Translations under genes and position numbers: made by a program
In this document: in pieces, positions 50,402-62,992 of the stretch
How the letters are laid out: every line of letters starts with the position of its first letter
How positions within the stretch are numbered: position 1 is the stretch's first letter
The notes under the pieces: model-generated
The model's input: only the letters and a program-made list of their open reading frames with translations
The model's database searches: none
What the model was told of the DNA's origin: nothing
NCBI RefSeq assembly: GCF_026210795.1
Contig: NC_089435.1
Location: 2,046,001 to 2,110,000, forward strand
Source: Rhizophagus irregularis
Lineage: Eukaryota
Length of the DNA: 64,000 bases
Reading direction: 5' to 3'

Positions 50402-53190
50402 ATGTCACAAGAATATACTTTACAAACTTCTGCAATTATTAGTAACCAAGAGAGTATCTGGGAGCAAAAAATCATTTCTAAGTCTGACTTTAAGGTAATG
50501 GTTCAAGAATATACTGAATCACTTAATGAAAAATTTAGAGATAAGGCATTTATCGATGAGGAAACTTACAAGGATATTGTCAAGTTGTTATCAGAAAATA
50601 ATAAAACATTACATGATCCAAATTGGCGTAATTGGGCAAGAAATAATTTTGTTCTAGAAATTGTTGGAACTAATAATATTGTGCACAAAATTCCAAGCAA
50701 GCGAGCTAAAGAAGCTATAGAAAAAAAGCAAGCTGGAACTATTACATTACCAGTATTAATTAAGGAAAGAATGTGGAATGAATTCTGTAATGCACATGTT
50801 CAGCTTGGACATGGTGGTGTTAGCAATACATATGCAAAATTAAAAAGTAAATGGAGTAATGTAAAACAGGATCTTGTAGTTAAGTTTATATCTAAATGTA
50901 TAACTTGTTCATTACGCAAAAATTCCATGACATCTGAAATTGAGGGAAAACCTATTATTGCAAAAAGTTTTTTATCGAGAGTACAAGTAATTATAATTTA
51001 TTTTCATTCATTCAATTTGTTTTTATATTGTTATACTAGTATATATTTTAATATAAATTTACTTTTAATAGATTGATTTAATAGATTTTAAGACCCGAAA
51101 TGATAATGAGTTTAAATATATTCTACATATACGTGATCATTTCTCAAGATATTCCTGGGCAAAACCAATTACTTCAAAAAGTGCATCTGAGGTTGCTGGG
51201 TGTTTATTTGAAATCTTCACAGAAATAGGCCCACCTACAATATTGCAATCTGATAATGGTAAAGAATTTACCGCTGAAGTAATTTTAAATCTTATGTCAT
51301 TATGGCCAAGTGTTAAGATCATAAATGGACGTCCACGACACCCACAGTCACAAGGAAGTGTTGAAAGAGGAAATGGAATTTTGACAAGAAAATTAGGTGC
51401 ACTAATGGAACAAAATCAATCTATTGAATGGGTAATAGCATTAAAATTAACATTGTGGGGTATGAATAATTCGGTTTGTAGAGCTACTGGAAAAACTCCG
51501 TACGAATTAGTATATGGACAAAAACCAAAAAATAATTTGGTTTGGCTTGATACATTATTTGAACAAAATAATAATGTATTAGACGAAGATAATATTTTAA
51601 GTGATATTGAAATTGAACAAGAAATGAATAATTTGAATGATATTGATGATGATGTTCAGGTTTATCTATTTTTTAATTAAAAGTAAAGTTCATTTATCTA
51701 AATTTTTTATATATTAATATATAATATATATAAATAATTAATAGGCAGATGAAGAATTTGAAAATTTATCACTTACACCAATTACTAAGAATGTGGTAGC
51801 TTTTAACTCCAATGCTCCTAAAAAATCTAAATATAAAAATAATGTACTATAATATTCTTATTTATCATTTATATTATTTACTTTAATATATACTAATTAT
51901 ATTAATTTTTCAATAGCAAATTGATACCCCATTTAAATTAAAAACTAAAAATTACCCTGTAAGTATAAATATTTAAATTTATATATTGAATTACTATATG
52001 ATATATTTTTTATTTTATAACTTTTAAATATAGCAAACGCCTGTTAGAAAAAATAAAGGAAAAGTAAGAGAAATAAGCAGTGACTTAGATAATAATTGTG
52101 AAGAAGTTATAAATATTGAAGAAAATTTAGATGAAGTTTCGGATATCAATGAAGAAAAGAATGTAGATAATGAAAGTATGAGTGATAATGAAATTATTAC
52201 AATAGGAATTAACCGCGTAAGTAAAATAAATAAATCAGCAAACTGCAAACATTTAAAATAATTAAATTATTAATATTTTTATATTTATTATTTAGCCACA
52301 ACCAAAGCCAACCATTATTAAAAATCCTACTCCTATAAGTGATGACACATTTTATTATCGTGAAGGTCAAGTTAATGAAGTTTCATGGGAAGAAATAAAT
52401 GAAACATATTTGGGATTGTTTGGATACTCCGAACAACTAAATCCACTTACTACAAAAAAAGAAATACTTGCGGCTTTAAAGGATATTACTTTATTGAGAA
52501 AAAATCCAAATATGTATCCAACTGATGCTTTAAATGTTTGGGAATATAAGCTTTCCAATTGGCTGAAACTTTATGATGATGAACAGGTAATTATATAATA
52601 TTTTATAATGCATATAATAAAAACTTTTATTTTATAATATTAACTTATATGCATAATAGGCTGGACCTTCAAATACAGAATTAACTTCACATGATTATGT
52701 ACGTAAACATGCAGAAGAAAATCTTAAAACATATACCGCCAATATGAAAGAATTAATACTATCAACAGCTAAAATTGTTAAATATAAAATTGGAGATTTA
52801 GTAAAAGTAAAAATTCCTAAAGAAGACAAGCATAAAATTGATAGGACCCATTTGCCTTGTAAAATTCTTTCTTTAACTGGAAATGATAAATATAAGTTAG
52901 GATGTCAATTTGGTGTACTTGATGTTAGTTACTCTGTTAGAAATTTGGAACCTTTAAAAGCACATATTTCTGGATTAGAAGATATACCACGGAGAAAAAT
53001 TTCTCTTAGAGAAGCTGCAAGATTGCAGTCTGCTTTACATGAAGAGGTAACAACAACTATTACAGAAAATCTTGAAATAACTTGTAAATGCCCTAAAACA
53101 ACTTGCAGTACAATGCATTGTCCATGTAAAAAAGAAAAAAAGAAGTGTAATACAAGTTGTCATCCAGAAAAAGAATGTTCTAACTTGTAA
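50402..53190 (+). CDS. Integrase-like DDE transposase (KRBA2/SCAND3/Ginger2-like), 7 coding exons
   Basis: H2C2 motif (AHVQLGHGG...CITC), rve core (Q|IDLID, DHFSRY, LQSDNGKEF, HPQSQGSVERGN), acidic linker, and C-terminal IGDLVKVKIP segment and Cys cluster CKCPKTTCSTMHCPCKKEKKKCNTSCH. Six phase-0 GT-AG introns (first 50987-51071) join the exons without stops. Confidence 0.9.
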
Positions 53191-53629
53191 TTAATTTTAA
53201 CACTTTGACATTTTTTATTCTGATAATATTATTTTAAAATAGAATTTATGATTTAATAAGTGTATTTTTAAGTGTATTTTTAAACTGAAAAAATATTAAT
53301 AAATCATGCAATACAAAACTTTTTACTCTGATCAAACTTTTATTATATATATTAAATAAATTCTTCTTTTATATTTAGTTTTATTTATTTAAAATAAGAA
53401 TATCTGAATACCAAATGGCTTATATGACTGGTCATTTGAAATTCCAATGACAAATAATAAGCAACTTGTCATTTGAGTCATTTAGTATTATTTCAAGTCA
53501 TTTGCCAGACACTGAACATTCAAGATATTTGGCTAATAAAATACTACCAAAATAATTTTTATTTAGCTATGTAAAAAAGTACTTATAACTTACATTTTTA
53601 GAGTAGTCACTATTACCTAACATTATAAT

Positions 53630-54480
53630 GAAATTAAAATTTTAACTGAATTTGAAATTCAGTTACGCTAATTTCAGTCAGCACCGTAACTGAGATTAAA
53701 ATTTTAACTGAATTTGAAATTCAGTTACTATAATTTCAGTCAGCACCATAACTGAAATCAAAATTTTAACTGAATTTGAAATTCAGTTACGCTAATTTCA
53801 GTCAGCACCGTAACTGAGATTAAAATTTTAACTGAATTTGAAATTCAGTTACGCTAATTTCAGTCAGCACCGTAACTGAGATTAAAATTTTAACTGAATT
53901 TGAAATTCAGTTACTATAATTTCAGTCAGCACCATAACTGAAATCAAAATTTTAACTGAATTTGAAATTCAGTTACGCTAATTTCAGTCAGCACCGTAAC
54001 TGAGATTAAAATTTTAACTGAATTTGAAATTCAGTTACGCTAATTTCAGTCAGCACCGTAACTGAGATTAAAATTTTAACTGAATTTGAAATTCAGTTAC
54101 TATAATTTCAGTCAGCACCATAACTGAAATCAAAATTTTAACTGAATTTGAAATTCAGTTACGCTAATTTCAGTCAGCACCGTAACTGAGATTAAAATTT
54201 TAACTGAATTTGAAATTCAGTTACGCTAATTTCAGTCAGCACCGTAACTGAGATTAAAATTTTAACTGAATTTGAAATTCAGTTACGCTAATTTCAGTCA
54301 GCACCGTAACTGAGATTAAAATTTTAACTGAATTTGAAATTCAGTTACGCTAATTTCAGTCAGCACCGTAACTGAGATTAAAATTTTAACTGAATTTGAA
54401 ATTCAGTTACGCTAATTTCAGTCAGCACCGTAACTGAATTAAAATTAACTGAATTTGAAATTCAGTTAAATTTTAATTTC
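53630..54480. repeat. 62-bp tandem array (13 full units plus a partial) inside the Ginger element
   Basis: Unit GATTAAAATTTTAACTGAATTTGAAATTCAGTTACGCTAATTTCAGTCAGCACCGTAACTGA. Period 62 (53681 to 53743). Internal 11-1-11 palindrome. Confidence 0.97.
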
Positions 54481-54906
54481 AATTACAATATTATCTGAAA
54501 CTAAAATTTTCTGAACTTCAAATTAAATGTTTGGATACACAACAGATAACCAATCAACTATGTCTATATTGATTTTAATTTCAGATAAATTTTAATTTCA
54601 GATACAAACCCTTTAATTGAAATTAAAATTCAGATATCTGAAATCGAAATTTCAATTTCATTTAATTGATCGTCAAATTTTAATTTCATATATCTGAATT
54701 TAAAGATCAGCTAGATTTCAATTTCAGTTACAACATCAGCATTATAGCGTAATATCAGCATGTGTGCATTCCTTCTATGCTCAGCTATTTGGTTCTGTTG
54801 GTTTGCTGATTTACCAGCTGCTAAATTTCGAAATAGGGAGTATTCGACTTATTATGTAATAAAAGGCTGTTCATTTCTGATCGTTCGGATTTTTTATTAG
54901 ATTTTG

Positions 54907-55103
54907 AGTTACAGCTGTTTTCATAAGACCTGGGACAAACTAAATTTTTGAACCCGACTGCCGATCCGGTATTTTTAGCTGGACACGTGATCCTGATTTG
55001 ATAGTTTGATTTGTAAAATAAATAACAACTGAACCGGATCGGTGGGTCGGCGGTCGGGTTCAAAATTTATTTTGTCCCAGGTCTTATGAAATCAGCTGTA
55101 ACT
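54907..55103. mobile_element. Short fold-back MITE-like element
   Basis: ~55-bp inverted arms AGTTACAGCTG.TTTCATAAGACCTGGGACAAA.TAAATTTT(T)GAACCCGAC.GCCGA. No clear TSD at the outer ends. Confidence 0.7.
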
Positions 55104-55742
55104 TGTTCAGCAAATCCGATTCTTGCGAACTAGATTTTTTATTTTTGGACCGCAATTTAAAAATAAGAAAATCATTGATTATTATTAAATTTTGTGCGCT
55201 TGATTTCTTCACGTCTTCGATATTAACTGTAATATTTCATGAAATCTCAAAATCGTTTCGAACATTAAATTTTACTGTACGTCATATGTTAACTTTGTGC
55301 GCGTAATAAAATATTTAACTGTATATGAATTATGAAAAAAAAATAAATAAATCTTCATTTGTCTGCTGCGGTCGTTTTTTATAAATAGAGTAGGACAATT
55401 CTTGTCATATGATTTGATCGACAATAACACTACGAAAGCATTTTTTAAATAATATCTCTAAATTTGAAACGATTGATTATGCACATACACATAGAATTTC
55501 TAAAATTTTGAAACGATCTAACCTAAGATAGTAATTTTTTTCTTGTTTCACAAAAAATAAAATGATGTTTTTCGTCGTACAGTAATTTTTTGAACGTACT
55601 TTTTTTGATATAAATTTCTCATATTTTCCCTTTTTTTATCTACCATACTCCAAAAAATTCATCAAAAATAAAAAAAAAATAAAAATATCCACAAATTATT
55701 TTCACAAATATTTAATTATAATTTAAAAATTTATTTGGAAAA

Positions 55743-56282
55743 ATGAATTCAAATAATCCAACTTCTCAAGATTATTCTGATTTACCAACGTATCAAGCTG
55801 ATAATATCTCCACGCTTTTTCACAATAATAATAATAACAATGACCAACACACTTCCATTAACAACGTAGAAATGTCTAATACCATCATTATTAATACTTT
55901 GCCCGCACTTCAAAACGATACATTTGAATTTTACTTTCCTTTACCAAACAGTGCACGTATTTATTACGTTACATATACCGAATTACATCCATTAGAAAAT
56001 GCACGACTCTTGAATAACAGCATTAATTTATCTCGTATTCCTGACCATCAGCTTCCACATCATTATAATCTTCAATCTTTGATTCGACAACAAATTCAGC
56101 AACAAGGCCAACAACCAGTTTATCAACAAAATAATGTTCAGCAACAATTTTTTGATACTACAATTCAACCTACTTCTCAAGTATATTCAGATAATAATAA
56201 CGCTTACAATGCAGCTTCAAATTCAGTAAACGGAACTATTTCTGATAATATTCAAGATACAGAATTTCAGAATTCTTACTAA
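55743..56282 (+). CDS. Hypothetical N/Q-rich protein (179 aa)
   Basis: Uninterrupted ATG-initiated ORF in AT-rich DNA. Low-complexity N/Q flanks surround a short hydrophobic core (TFEFYFPLPNSARIYYVTYTEL). Confidence 0.65.
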   Translation: MNSNNPTSQDYSDLPTYQADNISTLFHNNNNNNDQHTSINNVEMSNTIIINTLPALQNDTFEFYFPLPNSARIYYVTYTELHPLENARLLNNSINLSRIPDHQLPHHYNLQSLIRQQIQQQGQQPVYQQNNVQQQFFDTTIQPTSQVYSDNNNAYNAASNSVNGTISDNIQDTEFQNSY

Positions 56283-56880
56283 GGAAATTCGATTAATATA
56301 TTTTAAGGTGAAATAAGTATTTTTTTTTATTCTTGAATTTTACTTTACTCATTTTTAAGTTCGACTAAGTTAAGTTATTAAATAAGCTAATATTGTTCTT
56401 AAAATATAAGACTCTCCTGTTATTTTTTTTGGGGGAAATTTTTTTTTTTGTTCAGGAAAATGAATCAAAATGTTTAAAGCTATAATTCTTTTTTTATTTA
56501 TTTATTTATTTATTTTGATCAAATTTATTTACTTGTTATCTATTATATTTTACTATTTATATGTATTTTGCGTTAACATTTAAATTGAAATAATAAAACT
56601 TTGTTTTTTAATAAAAAAAATTACGTATTGCGTGCGAAGTATTCGTAAAGTTAGAGGCACTGCAAGAGGATCCAGCAGCTTCACCTCCAAGAAACCAGAA
56701 TCGCAGTATATCGAAGAAGTAAGAACTGCGCCTTTATATTATTTCAATAGGCATATGATGTCGATCATTTTGGCTAAAAAATGGTTTTATTTGTCTCTTT
56801 TTTTTTCTGTTTCACTATCTACTAATACGAGTTAAGCTTTCCTAAATTTGGCATAAATTGGCATTTACTCCTGATTACAC

Positions 56881-57296
56881 CAGTGATGGACAATGACCAG
56901 GTCATATGGAAATTTTGAAATGACCTTGGTCATATGTATTATGACTTAATGGTCATATGACATTTGGTCATAATTAGGCTGAAATTAAGAATTTTGGCCA
57001 AAATTACAAAATTTGCAAAATTATATCACGTGATATTACACAAATTTCCTAAAAAGGCAATTTTATTTCTCATGAAATTTGGAATTTTAAGTTACACAAT
57101 TATTACAAAAAAGGAAATTCTTTAATTCTGGCCAGAATTATACTTTTAATTAATCTAATATTAAAAATTTACTAAAATTTGATTGGTTAATAATATATGA
57201 CTAAAGTCATATGACTAGATAATTTTAAAATGACCAAATGACCTATGACCAGTCATAGAGGTCATATAGGTCATTTTAGGTCATAGTCCAACACTG
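56881..57296. mobile_element. Non-autonomous hAT element
   Basis: TIRs CAGTG(A/T)TGGAC(A/T)ATGACC, exact 8-bp TSD GATTACAC, many subterminal TGACC/GGTCA motifs. Confidence 0.9.
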
Positions 57297-57354
57297 GATT
57301 ACACCACATGATAAATTTCTTTGACTTTATACTAAAACGAATTGGTAAATATAA

Positions 57355-58312
57355 TAATGTTCCGGGCGAAACCGAAACCTATTTGCAGGCGAAACCTCTG
57401 AAACTTGACGAAACTAGTTTCGCCATTGGTTAAAAATCAGAAACTGCCGAAACCTCCGAAATGTGACGAGACTTCCGTAACTTCCATAACCTCCGAAACC
57501 TAAAAAAGGAAAATGATCATCATGCAGAAACTGCGGAAACCGCAGCTTTAAATTTTGATGCAAACTAGAATATCAAGAGTTTTTACCAGATGATGATTTA
57601 CTACAACGTGAAGAAATTAAAAAACGAAAAATTTAGGTGGTAGGTCTAAGTCACTTGTATGGGGAACTTACGCTAAACAGGGTGAACAAGTATCAGACGG
57701 TCACTATGAGGCCACTTGCATGCACATGCAAAACAAGAATTGTCATATTATGGTATAAGAAAAACAAATGAGGAAATTCGTAATATTTTGGTTTGAATCC
57801 AGGTGACGATCTAATTGAAGTTATTGATGATGATTACGAAAGTGATGATATAGAAGCAAGAATATTTGATGAGGAGGATGATTTGATGATTAGCAGAGAG
57901 TTAAATTTGGACGCAAATGCAGATTTGGACGAAATTATTGAAGATAGCGACAATATAGGAGGAGGAAAATATACAAGATATAGTTATATCAGAAAATGAA
58001 AGTAGTATAGAATGGACCCTGATATAGAAGCTGATAAAATAATTGATGATATGTAAAGTTTGTTTGCTAATAATAACAAAGAATTCAATAAACAAACAAT
58101 AAATTTTAAACTTCAATTTACTTTATTTTTTATTTTACATTTAATCACAATAAATAAGTTTCGGAAATTCCGGATATAAGTAATTTAAAAATAAATGTTT
58201 CGGAAATTACGGAGGTTTGGGCATGTTACGGAAGTTTGGGCATAGTTTCGGAAGTTTACCCTAAAAGACGAAACGTTTCGCCAATCGTAAAATGGTTTAG
58301 CCCGGAACATTA
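57355..58312 (+). mobile_element. Internally deleted hAT element
   Basis: TIRs TAATGTTCCGGGC(G/T)AAACC, exact 8-bp TSD AAATATAA, subterminal CCGAAAC/GTTTCGG repeats. Acidic ORF remnant 57793-57999 may be a transposase tail. Confidence 0.88.
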
Positions 58313-58436
58313 AAATATAACGTAGCACATCCAGAGATTCAGGGAAACTCATAGTATTTCTATGCAAAGGTGACACAAAAAATATCCGCCTGTCCGTCCA
58401 ATAAAACCCTAGTTTTAAATGATCAAATGAAAAGTA

Positions 58437-58749
58437 CATGTTGCCAAAACTCAGTAATTTCGGCATAATTTCAGGTTTGGGTTTTGGCCAGTCATTCCCG
58501 AAACTGAAACTCTGCGTAAAGTCGAAATTCAGGCCTCCAGCACTATACATTTTGGCCCGCATTATGAATTTTGTGTAACATTCTCACCAAACTTTATCCG
58601 ATATCACGTGATTTATAATTCTGGCCGGCACCACAAATTTGGCCAGAATTACCAAATAATTTCGTGTTCTTAAATTTCGGCGAGAGTTTTCGCTTCGGAT
58701 TTCAAACCTTTTGGATTCGGCCATATTTTCGGAAAATTTCGGCTACATG
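58437..58749. mobile_element. Possible MITE
   Basis: Imperfect ends CATGTTGCCAAAA / CATGTAGCCGAAA flanked by TA, with many TTCGG motifs. Confidence 0.45.
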
Positions 58750-59757
58750 TATAGTTGAAATATGGCATGAATATAAGAACTTCGAATGAAATGTATTGTA
58801 CTGATTATTTTCATTGCAATTAACAGTTCCCTGTTAGACTTTTAGCGAATAGAATCTAATTTAAATTTTATTATTATTATTACTAATATTTTTTTAAAAT
58901 ACGAAAATATTAAATTTTAACCCATTAAACATTAAAAATAAATATTAATCATTGGTTTGGTATTACTTGATAAAGTTACTCGTATTATCATTTACCTGAA
59001 ATTTATGTCAGCGTTATAATCATTTGGTGTCACTTTTACCGAGAAATTGAAAAGCGTTGAGAAAAAACAGGCTTATTCCGTTTAAAAAAAGAAAATCATG
59101 ATTTATTAAAGGAATGGAAACAGTAAAAGTTGATCAAAGAACAATAATAATATTGATGATAATATAAAAAAAATTTTAATTTAATTTCATCTACTTTTTT
59201 TTTTTTTTTTTTTTTGGCAGAATGATAAACTTATTTAACACATTTTTTATGATTAAATTAACGCGAGTAATATTTTTAATACATTGAGGTAGTATTCTTT
59301 TAGTAAATTACTAAAATTACCTTCGTTAAGTACACCCTGTCTAATAATGTATTTAGTGACTATATACCGGCTGTGAAAACAGTATTATATAATTTTCTGG
59401 GTTTCACTAATATAAATAACCGAAGAAATCTTAAAATATTATACTTTCGTTCAATCAAATATGCTCTTGTATGGGATTGTTCTTACTATAGAAAAATTTA
59501 AGATTTCTAACTAATAATTTTTCTTTTAAACCTTTTTTAACTTTATCGTCAATAATATATTAGATTAGAATAACGACTGTAATCGTGACGCTCTAAGAAA
59601 CGATTGTTAAGTAACCACATACTGTGTTAAACTCTTAAAAACATGGAATCAGAATTTGAATATTTTTACGTAATATTTTATTACAAAGACTTGATAAATA
59701 CTAAAAATGTAAGACGTATTATTAGAATTAATTAAAATTGGATACTTTCACTGATGT

Positions 59758-59952
59758 TTACCAAAGTTCCATCATTTTTCCTTTAATTAGTTGACAAAAT
59801 TCTTTGGAAATACATGGAACGATAACGTAAGATACACGGAATATCTTTGCATGAGAGTCATTACCGACTTCAAAAGTAACGTCATAATAATCATCATCAT
59901 TTAACATTTCAAGTAAATTTTGAGATAATTTCGGCAAAAGTTTATCAACCAT
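59758..59952 (-). pseudogene. Orphan BTB exon-1 fragment
   Basis: MVDKLLPKLSQNLLEMLNDDDYYDVTFEVGND..KIFR followed by a deletion and frameshift. No exon 2 downstream. Confidence 0.85.
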
Positions 59953-60874
59953 GATTTATAGTAAATTAAGAAAGAAAAGAACCAACTTGAATTTCTGTCG
60001 GGTTGGATGCCTGGCCTAACCCATGATATTTGAGTTAGGTCATCAAACTCATGACCTAGAACGGTTAACATTACTGCCTTGCTAATCCTAAGTGTTACTT
60101 GTAAACCATAAATAGTATAACTTTTTTTTTACAAATTTATCCTTTAATGGAATTGTTGCATCAATTGATATTTCAATATTTGATTTAATTCAAGGAAAAT
60201 TAGAAAACCACATAAAGGGAATACGTTTAGGAATAGATGATTGTTTCAACGCCTGCAAGCACAATTAAATTCTCCATTTTGATATTATGAAGTAAATAGG
60301 TTAATATTATTCCTTTCGTCTTGATTTTAAAAATCAATAAAGCTTTATCATTTTAATTTACTGAGTAAATTGATCAATAAAAATATATCATAGAATATTA
60401 TGTTAACATTACAAATTTCATAATTATTAAAAGAAAACTTTCTTTATAAAATGTAAATTAGGTAAAGCGAGTTTTTCTTAGAAATTAAAAAGTTTTAGTC
60501 GTGTTAATTTCTTCTACTACATTGCACACATAGAGTAAATTAATTCCAGAATTTTTCCAGCAAGCGCAGTAGAATTTTATCATGTACCACAGAATATTTT
60601 ATAATAAAATATTCATTTTAAAAAATTTGGTTTTTATTTTTAATAACTGATACATATAATACTTTTATTCATCACTCCAATTATTACTTATTGTCATAAA
60701 AATTACATATAATATAAACTAAATAAATTCTTTATTTAATAGATCGTAAGTCAAAATTATCACCAAACCTTACCCGTATTATAACAATGACAAAATTTTT
60801 CCGTGATTATATGCTTTAGAAACTATTTAAAAGGAGAATAAAGATACAATAATAAACTAATATAAACTGGTAAT

Positions 60875-62371
60875 TTATCTTATAATTTGGAACACCTCAT
60901 ATTCTTCCACAGTAAAATCATCAGTGGTTACTCTAATATGTTTTTCGTAATCACTATTAGTACAATTACCATAGTCTTCAAGTAAAATAAGGTCACCATC
61001 ACCAAATGATGGTCCAAAATTACGATGGTTAAGTGCGGCAAATTCTTTATTTTTTACACGACTTAAAATGTAACTTTCAATATTATCACTGTTCTTAAAA
61101 GAGAATAAAAGGCTATCCTTAGTAGATCTATAAGAATCTTCACAAATTTCATTATATTCACCAGATTCCCATGCAATTGGATTATATCCACCAAGAATTT
61201 CATTACTATCTTTCAATTTAATAATCGTTAAAGTATGAGGTTGATTGTCACAGATTTCATGAAATTTTTTAGCTGTAAATCCATCACGAGATCCACGAAG
61301 TAATAATTTGAATTTGTACGCATATTTTATCTCATCTGTAATTTCTAATCTATTGATCCATTTTAAGATTAACCCAGCGTGTTGAATTGTAATGATTTCG
61401 GAATCAATATTAATTTCCTTAGCAGCCGTACGAGGTTTTGACTTTTTGGTTAATTGATTATTAGAGCTCAAAAAATATTTTAGTAAATCTTTATATAATT
61501 CTTTTGGTAAAATTTTTTTATAAAGTAATACTTCATCTGAAAATTCATCAGAAGATAAATTATAGAATCTAATGAATGGAATACAATGTTGCAAACTATT
61601 TCTTAAAGTATCAAAATCATCTTTTGAAAAATTTGTAGGATCAGAAGAGAGTTCCGGATTTTGAGCATGTCCCCATTTAACCATATGTTTCCATACTTGA
61701 ACTTCGTCCATTTGAAGATTATCACTTTGAATAATTGTGATCAAAAGTTTTTCTGGAATTGAAGAAAAATTTAAAGATTTGAATATCTTATCCGGTTCTT
61801 TAGACGTTAAATCAGTACAAAATTTTTGTAATTCCAAGAAAGAATCGTTCTCAAAACTTGTTCGATATACCAAATTAAAATTTTGTTCCATCCAATTTGC
61901 CTTAGTTTCAACCAAATAAGATTGTAAATAATTGATTAAATCCTGAAGGCCAAGTTCATTTCCAGTAACCAAGATTTTAATTATATCCGAAGTATCATAT
62001 TCATTCAAAGAAATTTTTCCACTATAAATATATCTAAAAATAAAAAAAAAAAATTATAAATTTTAAATACTTTTATTTTTTATATTTTAAAATTTTAATT
62101 CTTATCTTACATACCTTAATATTACTTGAAAAATTTCTGGTAAAATATTTGGTAATTTTATATGAACCAAAGTTTCATCATTTTTCTTTCTATTTGTTGT
62201 CAAAATTCTTCGTAAATAAGTAGACCGATAATGTAAGATAACCATATGAGCACGGAATATCTTTATATAAGGGTCATTACCAACTTCAATGGTAACATCA
62301 TAATATTCTTCATCATTTAAACTTTCAAGTAAATTTTGTGATAATTTTGGTAAAAGTTTATTTTCATCCAT
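60875..62371 (-). CDS. BTB/POZ-BACK-TLDc protein (2 exons)
   Basis: Exon 1 62371-62115, intron 62114-62034, exon 2 62033-60875. All family motifs present. Confidence 0.92.
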
Positions 62372-62992
62372 GATTTTAAAAATTTAAAAGAAAAAGAAAT
62401 TAAATTATTTAATTTTTGTGAACGATTGACTTATATATTTGCTGCTGCAGCTTGTTGATCCAGAACATCCTAATATTTTTGTGTCACTTGCGAATCATTA
62501 CGGTAATGCGACACAAAGTGGTATAATTGAAATTAAAATTGGCTTTGTACTGTAGCTCGGACAAGTGTTACGAAGTCGCAGTAACTGGGATTCATTTATC
62601 ATTGACAGCTTTTTTTTATTGTATTATTTTAGTTAGATTAGAATAGATGATTAAGTAATTCAAATGGCGCAAGACAAATCGATGTACAAGTCGATCCATG
62701 GTTAAGTGGTGTTTATTTTTTTATTTTATTTATTTTTTTTTTGTAGTAAAACGAATTACTTTATTATTTATATGATAAAGAACATGAAAATTCTTCCAGA
62801 AAATCGATAAATTTATCATAAATAAAAACTCACTACGTATGGTAATTATGATTAGCATGATGTCTAGACATTATGCCGGTTGATGTCTTTAATTACATTC
62901 TCCTTCAATACCACGCTTTCGTCACATCCTTTTCTTCAATAAGTATCAGACGAACCAAGAATATCTTCACCCGATAGATAAATTCTTCAATA

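Larger units (their letters stand above)
48371..54735 (+). mobile_element. Ginger-type (Gypsy-integrase-related) DNA transposon, 6365 bp, apparently complete
   Basis: ~95-bp near-perfect TIRs beginning TGTTGTAACTGAAATTGAAATCTAGC, 5'-TGT...ACA-3' termini, 4-bp TSD TCAG (48367-48370 and 54736-54739). Integrase gene only, no RT or LTRs. Confidence 0.93.

Noticed and set aside
53630..54480. CRISPR-like palindromic array
   Set aside because: No unique spacers (pure tandem 62-mers), no cas genes, eukaryotic context, and it lies inside a transposon.
48371..54735. LTR retrotransposon
   Set aside because: Ends are inverted rather than direct repeats, there is no gag, protease or RT, and the integrase gene has introns.
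58185..58562. 125-aa ORF on the - strand
   Set aside because: It spans the boundaries of two separate TIR elements, so it is a chance ORF.
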